Source of the DNA: an uncultured delta proteobacterium
GTDB taxonomy: Bacteria > Desulfobacterota > Desulfomonilia > Desulfomonilales > Desulfomonilaceae
Length of the DNA stretch: 64,000 bases
Direction: 5' to 3'
Assembly: GCA_963789265.1 (NCBI GenBank)
Contig: CAWBKB010000007.1
Location: 460,398-524,397, forward strand
A program made the position numbers and the translations under genes. The notes below the pieces were generated by a model. The model was given only the letters and a program-made list of their open reading frames with translations. It was not told where the DNA came from and did no database searches. Shown piece by piece: positions 38,478 through 49,955 of this stretch. Each line of letters starts with the position of its first letter. The stretch's first letter is position 1.

Positions 38478-39730
38478 GATTTATCTCCTTGAAGGTAACT
38501 TACGAGGGCGTCGAGCCTCACGGAGACCTGCTCTCGGGTCTTCATGTCGCGAACGGTAACTTCTTGGCGGTTAAGCTCTTCCTCGCCTATCATTATGACT
38601 TTTCTCGCTCCGACACGGTCGGCGACTTTCATATGTGCCTTCAGGCTCGTGGAAGAGTAACGCGCCCTCCGCCGAAATTCCGGAGGTTCTAAGCAGGTTG
38701 ACCAGACTGAAAGCGGTCTGACGAGCACTCTCTCCCACTGGCGCAACGTAAGCGTCTATTGACCGAGCAAAGCGTCCGTTATCGTCCGGAATGCCCATCG
38801 AAAGGCGTTCCAAACCTATGGCAAAGCCTATACCTGACGCATCCGGACCGCCCAATTCCTTCAGAAGGCTGTCGTACCGGCCTCCTCCTCCGACTGCTTT
38901 AGACCTCCCAAGTTCGCTGTGAATGATCTCGAACGCTGTGCGGGTATAGTAATCGAGCCCGCGCACCATTCTCGGTTCCAGCCTGTAAGGGATTTGCAGG
39001 GCGTCCAGTCCATTCTGCACCGCCTGGAAATGCTCGCGGCAAGGCGCGTCCAGACTGTCGAGGATGACCGGAGCGTCTTTGGCTATTTCCGAGCATCTCG
39101 GCACCTTGCAATCGAGTATCCTTAACGGGTTTAAATCGTACCTTCGTCGACAATCCGCACACAGGTCATCGAGGTATTTCGAAAAGTATTCTCGGAGCCG
39201 TTGTCTATATAACGGTCTACAAACCGAGCATCCCACCGAATTAATCTCCATCATCAGTCCGGAAGCTCCGATGCTCGTCATGATCGCATACGCAGCAGCA
39301 ATGGTTTCGGCATCCGTATACGGGGAATCGTCCCCCAGCACTTCAGCATCGATCTGAAAGAAACTGTCGGAATCTGCCTTTCGACGGTCTTTCCCGGCGG
39401 AACATCGGTCCAATGGTGTAAAGCTTCAAGATGGAATCGCGGCGCAACAGCGAATGCTCGACAACCGCACGCAAGATTCCCGCAGTCAGCCTCCGGCCTG
39501 AGGCTGAGAGATTCCCCACCGCGGTCCTCGAAAGTGTACATTTCCTTTTCAACTATGTCTGTGACCTGGCCGATGCCCCGTTCAAAGAGTTCGGTACGTT
39601 CCATAATCGGCGCTATGATCTCCCGGAACCCGAACCGCTGGAGGCAGGCCCGAGCCGTATCCACGAGGAATGCCCACTTCGTAGTTTCCTCCGGAAGGAT
39701 ATCGTGGAACCCTTTGACAAGCCTGATCAT
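38474..39730 (-). CDS. hisS: Histidine-tRNA ligase; several apparent frameshifts (~39485, ~39380, ~38665)
   Basis: [43 protein letters not shown] across frames. Confidence 0.93.
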
Positions 39731-40038
39731 CGGAAAAGTCCTTACTGCAACAGTGGCAGGAAAGTGCCCTCAACCAAATTTTTTATACTAAGTCCACCTT
39801 GTATCGTCAGTCAAGTTCTGGACGCGTGTAACGTGACCATTCAGTCTTGTGCGGCAGTCCCGCGAGGCGCGGGACAGCCTGTCGGGGAAAACTCTTTTCC
39901 GTGGCGGGCTAGAAAGCCCACCCCACGAAGCCATCCGCTACTTCCGGCTGTAACTGAATGCTTACCGTGCAACGGCAATCATTTGATCGCGTGAGGAGTT
40001 GCCAGTTGCCTGTTATTGTGCTGGTGGGACAGGCAGGA

Positions 40039-40590
40039 TGCCTGCTCCACTACGCTTTGTCCCGCCACCTTCATATCAAGACTCTTCGTGCCCCGGAAGT
40101 TGGGTGCAACTGACCTGAGGGCCACCATGGCACCAGGTCAGTGCAGTTTTGTTGCCGACGGATTCTTAATTCCGGTACGGATCTGACGAAGCCTCCCGCG
40201 GGAGGCGGGATGGCACCCGCCTAAGTACTCCTGTTCGCAAATACCGTGACGTTAAGACCCCTGTACGGAAGAAAATTGCTTTCATGCGAGGCGCGGGACT
40301 CGCAATTACAGCAAATGGGAATGTCATTGCGAGGAGTGCAACGACGAAGCAATCTCGACTGGGACATACGTGACCGAAGTTATGAGACATCGTACTTAGG
40401 CAGGCATCTTGCCTGCTCCACTACGCTTTGTCCAGCCACCTTCATATCAGGACTCTGCGCGGCCCGGAAGTTGGGTGCCACTGACCTGTATGCCATGATG
40501 GCACCACGTCAGTGCAGTTTCTTCGTCAACGGACACTCAAATCCGGCAAGGATCTGACAAAGCCTCCCGCGGGACGCGGGATAGCACCCG
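40039..40590. repeat. Two 181-bp direct repeats (40039-40219 and 40410-40590)
   Basis: Ungapped alignment at offset 371, roughly 80% identical by eye; internal hairpins. Confidence 0.85.
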
Positions 40591-40626
40591 GCGGCGGCGC
40601 AAGAAGGCACTAGTCCTTCAGAAGTC

Positions 40627-42319
40627 CTACGAGCGGGCAGCAGTGACAGGTTCTTTTGGCATTTCCCAGTTGCAGATAATCGTTAAGGCTTCTTCGGGGC
40701 TCTCGACCGAAGTCAGGCTCTGGACCAATTGGCGGTTTTGCGCTGCACGGCTGACCGCAGCCAGAATGTTAACCTGGACAGAAGGTGCGTCAGCAGGCGA
40801 AAGTATCAGGAAGACGAGTTCAGTGGGCTTTACAACAGATTCAACGAGCACGCCTTGGCATGTCAATCCCAGCGCCACTACCGGAGCGGAAATTCCGTCC
40901 ATCCGAGCATGAGGAAACGCCACCCCTTCATTAAAGAAAGTTGACCCTTGTTCTTCCCGCCGTAGCACGGCCTTCAAAATTTCCTCAGCGTCGATTCCTT
41001 CAACATCCTTTTGAGCGACTTCCACCAACGTCCGAAGAACCGATTCCTTCTCGACCGGCTGGTCCCAAATAACAATTCGGCGACTCGACAACAAGCTGCT
41101 CAGAACAAGTGGCCCCGCGCCAGATGGATGGCTCTTTCACAGGCTTCTTGGGTTCAGGAACTTCAGCCTCGACTCTTTCTTCAGGGGTCCGCTTGCTGCT
41201 TGTATCGAGAACCACTATTGTAATTCCGCCGGCATTCATGATAAGGCGATCAACGACATTCTTACTCCCCAAGAGCCTTTTCCAGAAAGGGACCTCAGCG
41301 GGACTCCCGATCACAATGTGGCCGACTCGATATTCCTTTGCAAAGTGCAGAATAGTGTCTGCTATGTCCTCACCCTTGTAAGTGAAGACCATTGCGCCCA
41401 ATTGTTTTGCCAGGGTAAGGGTGCTTGACAGAATCCGCTGCGTCTGGGCATCTATCACAGTCGGTTCTTCCGAGGGAGTCTGGACGTACACCGCATACCA
41501 GTTCCGATTAAGTCGCCCGGCAAGCCGGGAAGCGTAGCGCAACAGCATCTCGCTGTTGGGGCCGCGGGAACTCAGGCAGACCATCACCTGATCCGGAGTG
41601 GCATCGTTTCCATCTCTGGAGCTTTCACGCATCCTCAAATCGATCTGAGAGGCAAGCTCGCGAAGCGTAAGCTCCCGAAGTTTCTCCAGGTTAGAAGCCT
41701 TGAAGAAATTCGCAAGGGCTGTTTCAACACGTTCCGGAGGATAGATTTTGCCTTCCCGCAAACGTTCCTGAAGGTCTTCAGTGGTGAGATCCACGTTCAC
41801 GATCTCGTCCGCTTCGGCAATTACCGTGTCGGGCAGGCGTTCCCGGACCTTCACGTGAACGGTCTTCTCCACAGTATCGTACAGGCTCTCCAAATGCTGA
41901 ACGTTCAGAGTGGTGATGACGTGTATCCCCGCGGCTAAAATATCTTGAACATCCTGATAGCGTTTGGCATTCCGGCTGCCGGGGACATTGGTGTGGGCCA
42001 GTTCATCAATCAGCGCGACCTCAGGTTTGCGAGCCAATATGGCATCAACATCCATCTCTTCTAGAATGTGGCCTCGGTATTCCTGCTTTTTCCTGGGGAC
42101 AACTTCCAGGCCGTCGATTAGTTTGGCTGTTTCGATGCGGCCGTGAGTCTCTATTAATCCCGCGATAACGTCTATGCCCTCACCCTTGAGCCGTTGTCCC
42201 TCCAGGAGCATTTGATAGGTCTTTCCCACGCCAGCGCCATAGCCAAGATAAATCTTTAGCCTGCCGCGTCGAGAGCGGCGGATCATACGCAAGAAAGTGC
42301 TGGCTCTATCTTCTGCCAT
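40627..42319 (-). CDS. kdpD: KdpD N-terminal sensor + USP domain, probably fused (frameshift ~41120) to a PTS EIIA domain; no TM or kinase domain
   Basis: GRLKIYLGYGAGVGKTYQML, DELAHTN, TTLNVQHLESL; USP VMVCLSS; EIIA RREEQGST..GVAFPHAR. Confidence 0.8.
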
Positions 42320-42454
42320 AGTGACCGGTCTACACTTTGCATCAGAGTCATAGAGTCTGTGTCGCTACACTTGAATTTGGTTCTCGCATTATCCGAGTGA
42401 GCCGATATTCAGAGAAAACGTAGCCGCAGCCGGCCTGAAAAATCCAGCCGGCCG

Positions 42455-43480
42455 CTATCCCAGGGGTTCTCCATATCGCTTGCGAAGTTCGAGGTTGACT
42501 TCAAGCACGTTCACGAACTCTTCACCCGCCAGACCATACCATGGGGCTGATGCGTTTTGTTGCAAGATCTGCTCGATTTCTTTTCGAATTCCGGCCGGAT
42601 CGCGGTTGAGATTCGCGGCCCATTTCGAGGCAACCCGATCAAGCTGAAATTGAGCATTCTGAAGTGTGATATGAGGATCGAGCCCTGAAGCCGAAGCCAT
42701 TACCAGATCGCCGGGGACCTTTTCAAAGTCGGCATCAGGATGGTCTTCTCGCCACATCAAACAGAAGGTAGACTGAATATCAGTGCCCGCAGCAACTGGC
42801 CCAATCTTAGAGACAGTCTTGCCGTCAGGTCCAGTCTGAGTGATAGCGGCCGGGAATTTGCCAGGGTTTTCGTTGGAGAAATTCTCAAAGAACAGTACCG
42901 CCAAATCTGCTGCCTTAGGTTCGGGGGTGTCGGGATTCTCCTTGATCCACTTGGCCACCACGTCCGGATGCGCCTTCGCCCAAGCGTCAACGTACGCGGC
43001 ATGAGTCGGGTCACTCGTGACCCATGACTGCGCAAGGGAATTGTGAAGGTCTACCCACTGAGCCACAATATGCGGTTTGCCCTGATAAATATCCTTTTGA
43101 AACCAGCTCTCGATATCGGGTGCCACGGCCTTTCCGGCGTTGGGACCGCTTCGGTACTTCATGATAGGACCGAGTGTGCGGGCAACTCGGTCGCGCAGTT
43201 GGTAATTGGACGCAGCCAAAGCAGACGAGGATGAAGCGGAAGCGTCGTAGGAGGCTGCTGAAGGACGGGGTTGAAAGTATTCGTCCCTGGTGAATGGTTG
43301 CGCAATGAGTAGAGATCCCACCGGCTTGCCATCAGGGCCTTTCAGAATGCTGCCGTTGGCCTGAAACGGAAACACGGTCTGTCCGATTCCCCATAAAACC
43401 AATGGATAAATCACGCAACTGATGACCACCAGCACGAACAACAGTAAAACGCTCTTGGAAAGATATCGCAACATGTTCAT
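42455..43480 (-). CDS. kdpC: K+-transporting ATPase subunit C, with large internal insertion
   Basis: FPFQANGS, GSLLIAQPF..YFQPRPSA, ASASGLDPHI, VNVLEVNLEL; 341 aa. Confidence 0.9.
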   Translation of the reverse strand: MNMLRYLSKSVLLLFVLVVISCVIYPLVLWGIGQTVFPFQANGSILKGPDGKPVGSLLIAQPFTRDEYFQPRPSAASYDASASSSSALAASNYQLRDRVARTLGPIMKYRSGPNAGKAVAPDIESWFQKDIYQGKPHIVAQWVDLHNSLAQSWVTSDPTHAAYVDAWAKAHPDVVAKWIKENPDTPEPKAADLAVLFFENFSNENPGKFPAAITQTGPDGKTVSKIGPVAAGTDIQSTFCLMWREDHPDADFEKVPGDLVMASASGLDPHITLQNAQFQLDRVASKWAANLNRDPAGIRKEIEQILQQNASAPWYGLAGEEFVNVLEVNLELRKRYGEPLG

Positions 43481-43502
43481 GTCTCCCTAACTCACCGAAA
43501 CC

Positions 43503-45734
43503 TTAGCTAACCATACCTAAGCTTACTATTACCAGGTCGATCAGTTTGATGCCTATAAATGGCAGTACTACCCCTCCCAATCCCCAGATCAGCAGATTCC
43601 TGCGCAACAGAGCTTCAGCGCCCAGAGCCTGGTAACGAACTCCCTTGAGGGCGACCGGGATCAGGGCAGGGATGATGAGAGCGTTAAAGATCACAGCAGA
43701 CAAAATGGCCGAGGTCGGTGAATGCAGATGCATAATGTCGACGACCTTCAGCCAAGGTAGAGTTCCGGCGAAAAGCGCGGGAATTATCGCGAAATATTTT
43801 GCCACGTCGTTTGCTACGGAAAAGGTGGTCAAGGAACCGCGCGTTATCAAAAGCTGCTTCCCGATTTCTACAACCTCGATTAGCTTGGTGGGATCACTGT
43901 CTAAATCCACCATGTTGGCAGCTTCTTTGGCCGCTTGTGTCCCGGCGTTCATGGCCAGTGCTACGTCAGCCTGGGCTAAGGCTGGGGCGTCGTTGGTGCC
44001 GTCGCCCATCATTGCCACCATTTTCCCGCCCGCCTGCTCCTTGCGGATGTAAGCGAGTTTGGTCTCAGGGGTGGCCTGAGCGAGGAAATCGTCTACTCCC
44101 GCCCGTTTGGCGATTGTCGCAGCCGTGAGGGGGTTGTCACCGGTGATCATGACGGTACGAAGCCCCATCTTTCTCAGTCGCTCGAATCGTTCGTTCATGT
44201 TGGGCTTCAAAATGTCTTCAAGGACAATCACGCCGGCGATGGTGTTGTCTTCGGCAACGACCAAGGGGGTCGCTCCATCGGATGCTGCGCCATCTACAAG
44301 CTTGTTCAGTTCCTCACCCGGAACAGAGCCGCCGTTACCCCCAACAAATTTCATCACCGCGTCCGGGGCCCCTTTTCGTATTCGTCGTCCGTCAGGAAGG
44401 TCTATGCCACTCATGCGCGTCTCCGCTGTAAACGGCACGAAGTGAGCGTCCTCCGGCACAACTACTGAACTTCCAGCTTGCTTCTCGAACAATCTTACGA
44501 TGCTCTTCCCCTCCGGGGTCGCATCTGCCGCTGACGCCAGCGCAGCCAGCCCACCCACGTCGTCGGACGAATACTTTCCGACCGGCAAGAATGTTGTCGC
44601 GTTTCTGTTGCCTATCGTGATTGTGCCGGTCTTATCCAGCAGCACCACATCGATGTCACCAGCCAACTCCACGGCTTTGCCGCTCTTGGATATAATGTTG
44701 GCCTGTAGCGCCCGATCCATGCCTGCTATACCGATGGCGGCAAGCAAAGCTCCGATGGTGGTAGGGATGAGACATACTAAGAGCGCAATGAGAGTGGGGA
44801 CATCTGTGCCGAGGCTCTTGACAGGCTCTTGAATGCCCAAGAAACTCATCATGTATTGCTCGGCATTCCAGGCCATCGCCCAAAGGGGAATTACCACAAT
44901 TAGGAAAACCAAGGTGAAAGCCGAAAGCACGAGAGTGAGAGCGATCTCGTTCGGGCTTCGCTGACGTATGGCGCCTTCGACTAGACCGATCATCTTGTCG
45001 AGGAACGATTCTCCGGCGCCGCTGGTGATCTCGACTTCAATTTGATCGGAGAGTAATACAGTACCCCCTGTCACACCTGATCGGTCTCCTCCTGCTTCTC
45101 GAATCACCGGGGCAGACTCCCCGGTGATCGCAGACTCGTCGACAGAAGCGACCCCTTTGATGATGTCGCCATCACCGGGAATGGTTTGTCCCGCTTTCAC
45201 GATCACCCGATCGCCCACTTTCAAAGCTGTTGATGAAACCTCCTCGATGCCACCGGCAGCAGTTACGCGATGGGCCACAGTATCTTGACGAGTTTTTCTC
45301 AGCGACTCTGCCTGTGCCTTGCCACGGGCTTCCGCAAGGGCCGTGGCGAAGTTCGCAAAGAGCACGGTCAAGAAAAGCCACGCATCAACCCAAATAAAAT
45401 AGCTTAGCGGCGCGACGCTCGCTTTTTGTCCCCATGCAGCCTCAATGATATACAAAAGCGTCAAGAAGGCCCCAACCTCGACTACGAACATCACAGGATT
45501 CTTCCACTGGGTGTCGGGTCGAAGCATTACAAATGCCTGCTTCAGAGCGGCCACCGCTGTCTCTTTCTCCAACAATGCTTTCGGCTTGACACGACGCTGC
45601 GGCCGAGGTGTCTCTAAAGATAAAGGAATCTCGTGCATAGTATCGGTGGTACCCCGTAATCTATTCATGTCGCACCCCTTTGAGCACTTGCTCCATTTCA
45701 TGGTCCCTGCTTCGGACTTTAATGAGTTTTTCAT
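43503..45734 (-). CDS. kdpB: K+-transporting ATPase subunit B (start may be 45638)
   Basis: [34 protein letters not shown]. Confidence 0.97.
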   Translation of the reverse strand: MKNSLKSEAGTMKWSKCSKGCDMNRLRGTTDTMHEIPLSLETPRPQRRVKPKALLEKETAVAALKQAFVMLRPDTQWKNPVMFVVEVGAFLTLLYIIEAAWGQKASVAPLSYFIWVDAWLFLTVLFANFATALAEARGKAQAESLRKTRQDTVAHRVTAAGGIEEVSSTALKVGDRVIVKAGQTIPGDGDIIKGVASVDESAITGESAPVIREAGGDRSGVTGGTVLLSDQIEVEITSGAGESFLDKMIGLVEGAIRQRSPNEIALTLVLSAFTLVFLIVVIPLWAMAWNAEQYMMSFLGIQEPVKSLGTDVPTLIALLVCLIPTTIGALLAAIGIAGMDRALQANIISKSGKAVELAGDIDVVLLDKTGTITIGNRNATTFLPVGKYSSDDVGGLAALASAADATPEGKSIVRLFEKQAGSSVVVPEDAHFVPFTAETRMSGIDLPDGRRIRKGAPDAVMKFVGGNGGSVPGEELNKLVDGAASDGATPLVVAEDNTIAGVIVLEDILKPNMNERFERLRKMGLRTVMITGDNPLTAATIAKRAGVDDFLAQATPETKLAYIRKEQAGGKMVAMMGDGTNDAPALAQADVALAMNAGTQAAKEAANMVDLDSDPTKLIEVVEIGKQLLITRGSLTTFSVANDVAKYFAIIPALFAGTLPWLKVVDIMHLHSPTSAILSAVIFNALIIPALIPVALKGVRYQALGAEALLRRNLLIWGLGGVVLPFIGIKLIDLVIVSLGMVS

Positions 45735-45748
45735 AAGTGATCATCTAG

Positions 45749-47576
45749 TCAGCCCCCGAATGGAATAGGTCCGAAATGCTCTGCCACCGGTCCCAATGCT
45801 GCAACCGGCAGAAAAAGCAGGGCTCCGACAATAATGATCGTTCCGAGTAACAGGATTCCAAAGGTGAGGGTGTCGGTAGGCAAAGTTCCCAAGCCAAACG
45901 GGCTTGATTTCTTTTCCCCGAGATATGCAGCCATGGCGATCGGGGCAACAATGGGCAAATAGCGACTAAATAACATCACTAGACCCGCTGCAATATTCCA
46001 AGGAATGGCCTCCGGATTGGGATTAGGGTTGTTTGCCAAACCGTAGACCACCTGCAGTCCATCAAAAGCCGAACCATTATTCGCAGACGCCGAAGAGAAG
46101 TTATACAGCATCTGCGAAAAGCCATGGGCGCCGGGATTGCTGACGGCTTTAAGCCCCAAGGCGGTCGCAGCGAAGAGCCCTGTGGGGAAAAGAATCATGA
46201 ACGGATGGACCAATAGCGCGATCGTGGCAAGCTTCATTTCGCGAGCACCGATTTTCTTGCCCAAGTACTCAGGCGTCCGCCCGACCATCATGCCGGCCAC
46301 GAAAATTGCAATAATCACGTAGATCAACATGTTGATCATGCCGACGCCTTTGCCGCCGTAGATGCAGTTCAGCCACATTCCAGTCATGGGCGACAAGGCG
46401 GCAATCGGGTTGAGGCTATCGGCCTCCGCGTTCACGGCTCCGCATGTCACGTCTACTGTAACGGCCGCATAAGTGGCCCCTGCGGACGTCCCGAAGCGCA
46501 TTTCTTTTCCTTCAAGGTTACCCAGATGCTGGTCCACCGGCAGGGACGGAACCGGCTGCTGTGACACTACCCGTTTACCGCCTGGTGCGGTCGCGCTGGG
46601 GATTGCAAATGTTCGGGCCGGATGACTCCTCAATCCCGGGTTCGGTTTCAGCGTGTCAAAATAGACGCTCCAGAATATGGTGCCGATCATCAATATCATC
46701 ATGACCGCAAAAACCACCAAGGCATGACGCAGCCGATGGAGCATCCGCCCGTACATCAACACCAACGCGAATGGGAAAATCATCATGCACAGAGTGTTTA
46801 CAAAGTTCGAAAACCCGGTAGGATTCTCGAAAGGGTGCGCTGCATTCATCCCGGTGAATCCACCCCCATTGGTGCCAAGCATCTTCATGGATTCCCAGGC
46901 CGCGATCGGTCCGACCGTTATGGTCTGCTGCTTCACCTCACCTGTGTCCGTGGTTCCCATTGCTGCCGGTTCGAGAGTCGAAACCGAGACCGTGGATTGG
47001 TAGGTCATCGGACTCCCTTGCTGAATAAAAACGAGGCTTACAATAAGAGCAACGGGAACGAACATGTAAACCACAGTCCGCCACATATCCACAAAGTAAT
47101 TGCCGATCAAGGAGTCACCACGCAAAGCACGGATAATCGCAGTCAGTGCGCACAGACCTACCGCAGCAGAAATGAAAAGCATGGCAATGCCAAAGAAAAT
47201 CTGGCTAAAATTCGACAGAACCTGCTCGCCCGAATAATGCTGGAGGTCAGTATTGGTCATGAACGATGTTACGGCTTGGAATATGGTGCTGGGGAAAATC
47301 AACCCCTTACCACCAGGATTCAGCGGCATCCACGGCTGGATTGCCAAAACCACATAGCCGTAAACGAACAGCAGAAACGTTAAAGACGAGCAATGAAACG
47401 GTATATTGCTTCCAGTTTTGAGGGCCGCTGTCCAGGCGTTTTTCTATCCAACCAAAGACCGGCAAAGGCCGGTACTTTCCTTCCATGATCCAGGTCATGT
47501 AGCGACTCAATGGGAATGCCACCAGCGTCGCCGTGACAAGAATCGCCAATGGAAGAATCCATGTCTGTATGAGCAT
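45749..47576 (-). CDS. kdpA: K+-transporting ATPase subunit A; frameshift near 47378
   Basis: QNWKQY, TNTDLQHYSGE, LGTNGGGF, EGKEMRFG, GRTPEYLGKK, NNGSAF. Confidence 0.95.
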
Positions 47577-47619
47577 TGTGTGAGTCCTTTCAGTATTTCA
47601 ATTCCAGCCCACCCCTTGC

Positions 47620-47703
47620 TCAAAACCATTCCGGACGCACAAGGGTCACGACTAGATAAACGAACACAAAAGCCGCCACGGCCGCCGTCACATAGGTCAA
47701 CAT
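47620..47703 (-). CDS. kdpF: K+-transporting ATPase subunit F
   Basis: 27 aa MLTYVTAAVAAFVFVYLVVTLVRPEWF directly upstream of kdpA. Confidence 0.88.
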   Translation of the reverse strand: MLTYVTAAVAAFVFVYLVVTLVRPEWF

Positions 47704-47805
47704 TCGTCTCACCCCCAGCTTTATATTTTCTCGCATGCTTTCAGAAACAAGAATATAAGCCCCATTGATGCGAGGCCCAAAAGAAATGTCGCTAGTAGCC
47801 AAATT

Positions 47806-49656
47806 TCAAGATTCATTTAAGGCTTCCTCCTCGAAAATACGATCGGCGCGTTTGAGAGAAAAGGTAAAGGTGCTTCCTTGAGTTTCCCGGCTTTCGGCAG
47901 TAATTGATCCGCCATGCGCCTCCACGATCTCTTTTGCAATAGCAAGTCCCAAACCGATACCCGATTGAGTGTCCTGGTCGGGAATCCTAAAAAATTGCTC
48001 GAAAATTGTTTGGAGATAGCGTTCCGGTATGCCCTTGCCGGTGTCGGACACAGAAAAATAAACATATTTTTCGTCAGCCTTCGCGGAGAGAGTCATCATA
48101 CCGCCCGGGTCGGTGTACTTCAAAGCATTGGAAAAGAGATTCGCAAAAACATGCGTCACACGCGTCTGATCGGCCCAGACTTCAGGCAAATCGTCAGGCA
48201 GCTCCATATTTAAGCTTACACCGCAATCCTGGCACCCACTTCGGAAAGGTTCTACCGCGTCCAAGGCCATGTCGTGAGTAGACACCGTTCGGAAATCCAT
48301 GTGTGCCTTTCCCGCTTCGATCCTGCCTATATCCAACAAGTCTTCCAGGATCCTGTGCAGCCGTTCGGCATCTTCTTCAGCCGCAATCAGCACCTCAGCC
48401 TGCTTTTCACTCAATTCCCCTAAATCCTCTTCAAGAAGCAAGTGAATCGCCATCCGGACCGACGTGAGGGGGGTTTTTAACTGATGAGACACTGTGGAAA
48501 TTACCCCTCGCTTCAAATCTTCCTGCTGTCGTTGCTGGGTTATGTCTGATAGTATGATCATAACAGCCATTGCTATTTTTTCTCTGTCCAAAATGGGCAC
48601 AGCCTTTGGCCGGAAATATCGTTCATCCCCGTTAATGAAATGTTGAATGGGAGGCTGGTTCCCGTTCGGTTCGACCGGCACACCGTTCTTGAGGGCTTTG
48701 TTGAACAGGCTCATTAGCCAATCAAGCGAGAGGCTCTGAATGTCAGTATTGCGTCTGAGGCCAAAAGCGCTTGCAGCTATCTCGGTAGCAACCTGCACCC
48801 GTCCATTTCGGTCCACTACTGCTACAGCGTCCGGCAGATTATTGAACGCCTGCTGCACGCTATACTGGATTTGAGCCAATCTGGCCTCTCGAGTGCGTCG
48901 GACCTGACGAAGGCTCTCTGCCATGGAGTTGAAGGCCTCCGACAGTTGGCCAATCTCGTCCCTCGAATCAGTCTTGACAACCAGGTCCAGATTTCCCGCT
49001 TTGATGTCGTTTGCCGACTCGATGAGACGGGTGATCGGTTTGAGAATCCATCGTCCCGTGAAAAATATGAAGCCGCCGGCCATAACAGCCCCGATCACCA
49101 GTAGAAAATACATTTGCCGTTTGGCTGAGGCTGCGCGATGCCGCGCACGATTGTTGGCCCCCCACATATTCTTCTGGTTCATTTGAAGGATGTAGTCAGC
49201 CGTAGTGTTGATGTCATCGAACAGAGGAAGCAGTTCGGTGGAATAACTCTCGAACCTTGCGTCGACGGTCAAATTTGCATTTGTCGCATCCTGGATCTTC
49301 GATTTATATTGTGTGAAGAGATCTTGGAGGTGGTGTGCTTTATCACCTTCTCCAGGAACACTAATATTGTTCAGCTCCACTTCAAGGGCCTTTTCGAAGT
49401 CCGATTCGCTAGCGCGAATTTGCTTCATCCCTTCCTGATCGTGCCCAAGCAGCCGGAACAATACTCCGTTATTTATACGCTCCAGCGCTTCTTTCATTTG
49501 CTGGCATGCGATCACGCTGCGATAGTTCTCTCGCAGAATAACATCAATGGAATCCCCCAGTTGGGAAAGAAGACTCACGCTCTGCATGCCGACAAGAACC
49601 ATGATGACCAGCAGAGCCCCGAATCCCAACGAGAGTTTTTGCCGAAGACTGAGCAC
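47806..49656 (-). CDS. Membrane sensor histidine kinase (4HB-type periplasmic domain, HAMP, PAS-like, HisKA, HATPase; KinB-like)
   Basis: 2 TM, DEIGQLSEAFNSM, VSHQLKTPLT, NLFSNALKY, DTGKGI, GLGLAI. Confidence 0.93.
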   Translation of the reverse strand: MLSLRQKLSLGFGALLVIMVLVGMQSVSLLSQLGDSIDVILRENYRSVIACQQMKEALERINNGVLFRLLGHDQEGMKQIRASESDFEKALEVELNNISVPGEGDKAHHLQDLFTQYKSKIQDATNANLTVDARFESYSTELLPLFDDINTTADYILQMNQKNMWGANNRARHRAASAKRQMYFLLVIGAVMAGGFIFFTGRWILKPITRLIESANDIKAGNLDLVVKTDSRDEIGQLSEAFNSMAESLRQVRRTREARLAQIQYSVQQAFNNLPDAVAVVDRNGRVQVATEIAASAFGLRRNTDIQSLSLDWLMSLFNKALKNGVPVEPNGNQPPIQHFINGDERYFRPKAVPILDREKIAMAVMIILSDITQQRQQEDLKRGVISTVSHQLKTPLTSVRMAIHLLLEEDLGELSEKQAEVLIAAEEDAERLHRILEDLLDIGRIEAGKAHMDFRTVSTHDMALDAVEPFRSGCQDCGVSLNMELPDDLPEVWADQTRVTHVFANLFSNALKYTDPGGMMTLSAKADEKYVYFSVSDTGKGIPERYLQTIFEQFFRIPDQDTQSGIGLGLAIAKEIVEAHGGSITAESRETQGSTFTFSLKRADRIFEEEALNES

Positions 49657-49683
49657 TTTTTCTTCCTCGCCTACATATTATAG

Positions 49684-49700
49684 AGCAACCTCCATGCCAA
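49684..49700 (-). promoter_or_regulatory. Sigma-54 (-24/-12) promoter for the HK-kdpFABC-kdpD operon
   Basis: TTGGCATGGAGGTTGCT with exact GG-N10-GC spacing, ~28 nt upstream of the HK start. Confidence 0.75.
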
Positions 49701-49955
49701 AGCTGCAGAGGCCTAACCCCCTATAATTACGATAAGCAGCAAAAGGTCGGTAGGGCAGAGCCTTGTCCTTGGCAAGGTGGGCGCGGAAACTGCCTTGCAT
49801 ATTGCAAGGCCGGATGGAATACCTTTGGGAGTAGGACAGGCATCTTGCCTGTCTATTAAAATGACAGGCAAGATGCCTGTCCCACCAAGACGGTACTCTC
49901 TCCTTGCCTCGAATCGAGGAATACCTGATTGCCCCCATGCCCGATTCGTATTCAG

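Noticed and set aside
38474..39730. hisS, lptF, kdpA and rsmI as pseudogenes or programmed frameshifts
   Set aside because: Essential or conserved genes with otherwise intact motifs and no consistent slippery sites; sequencing indels are more parsimonious.
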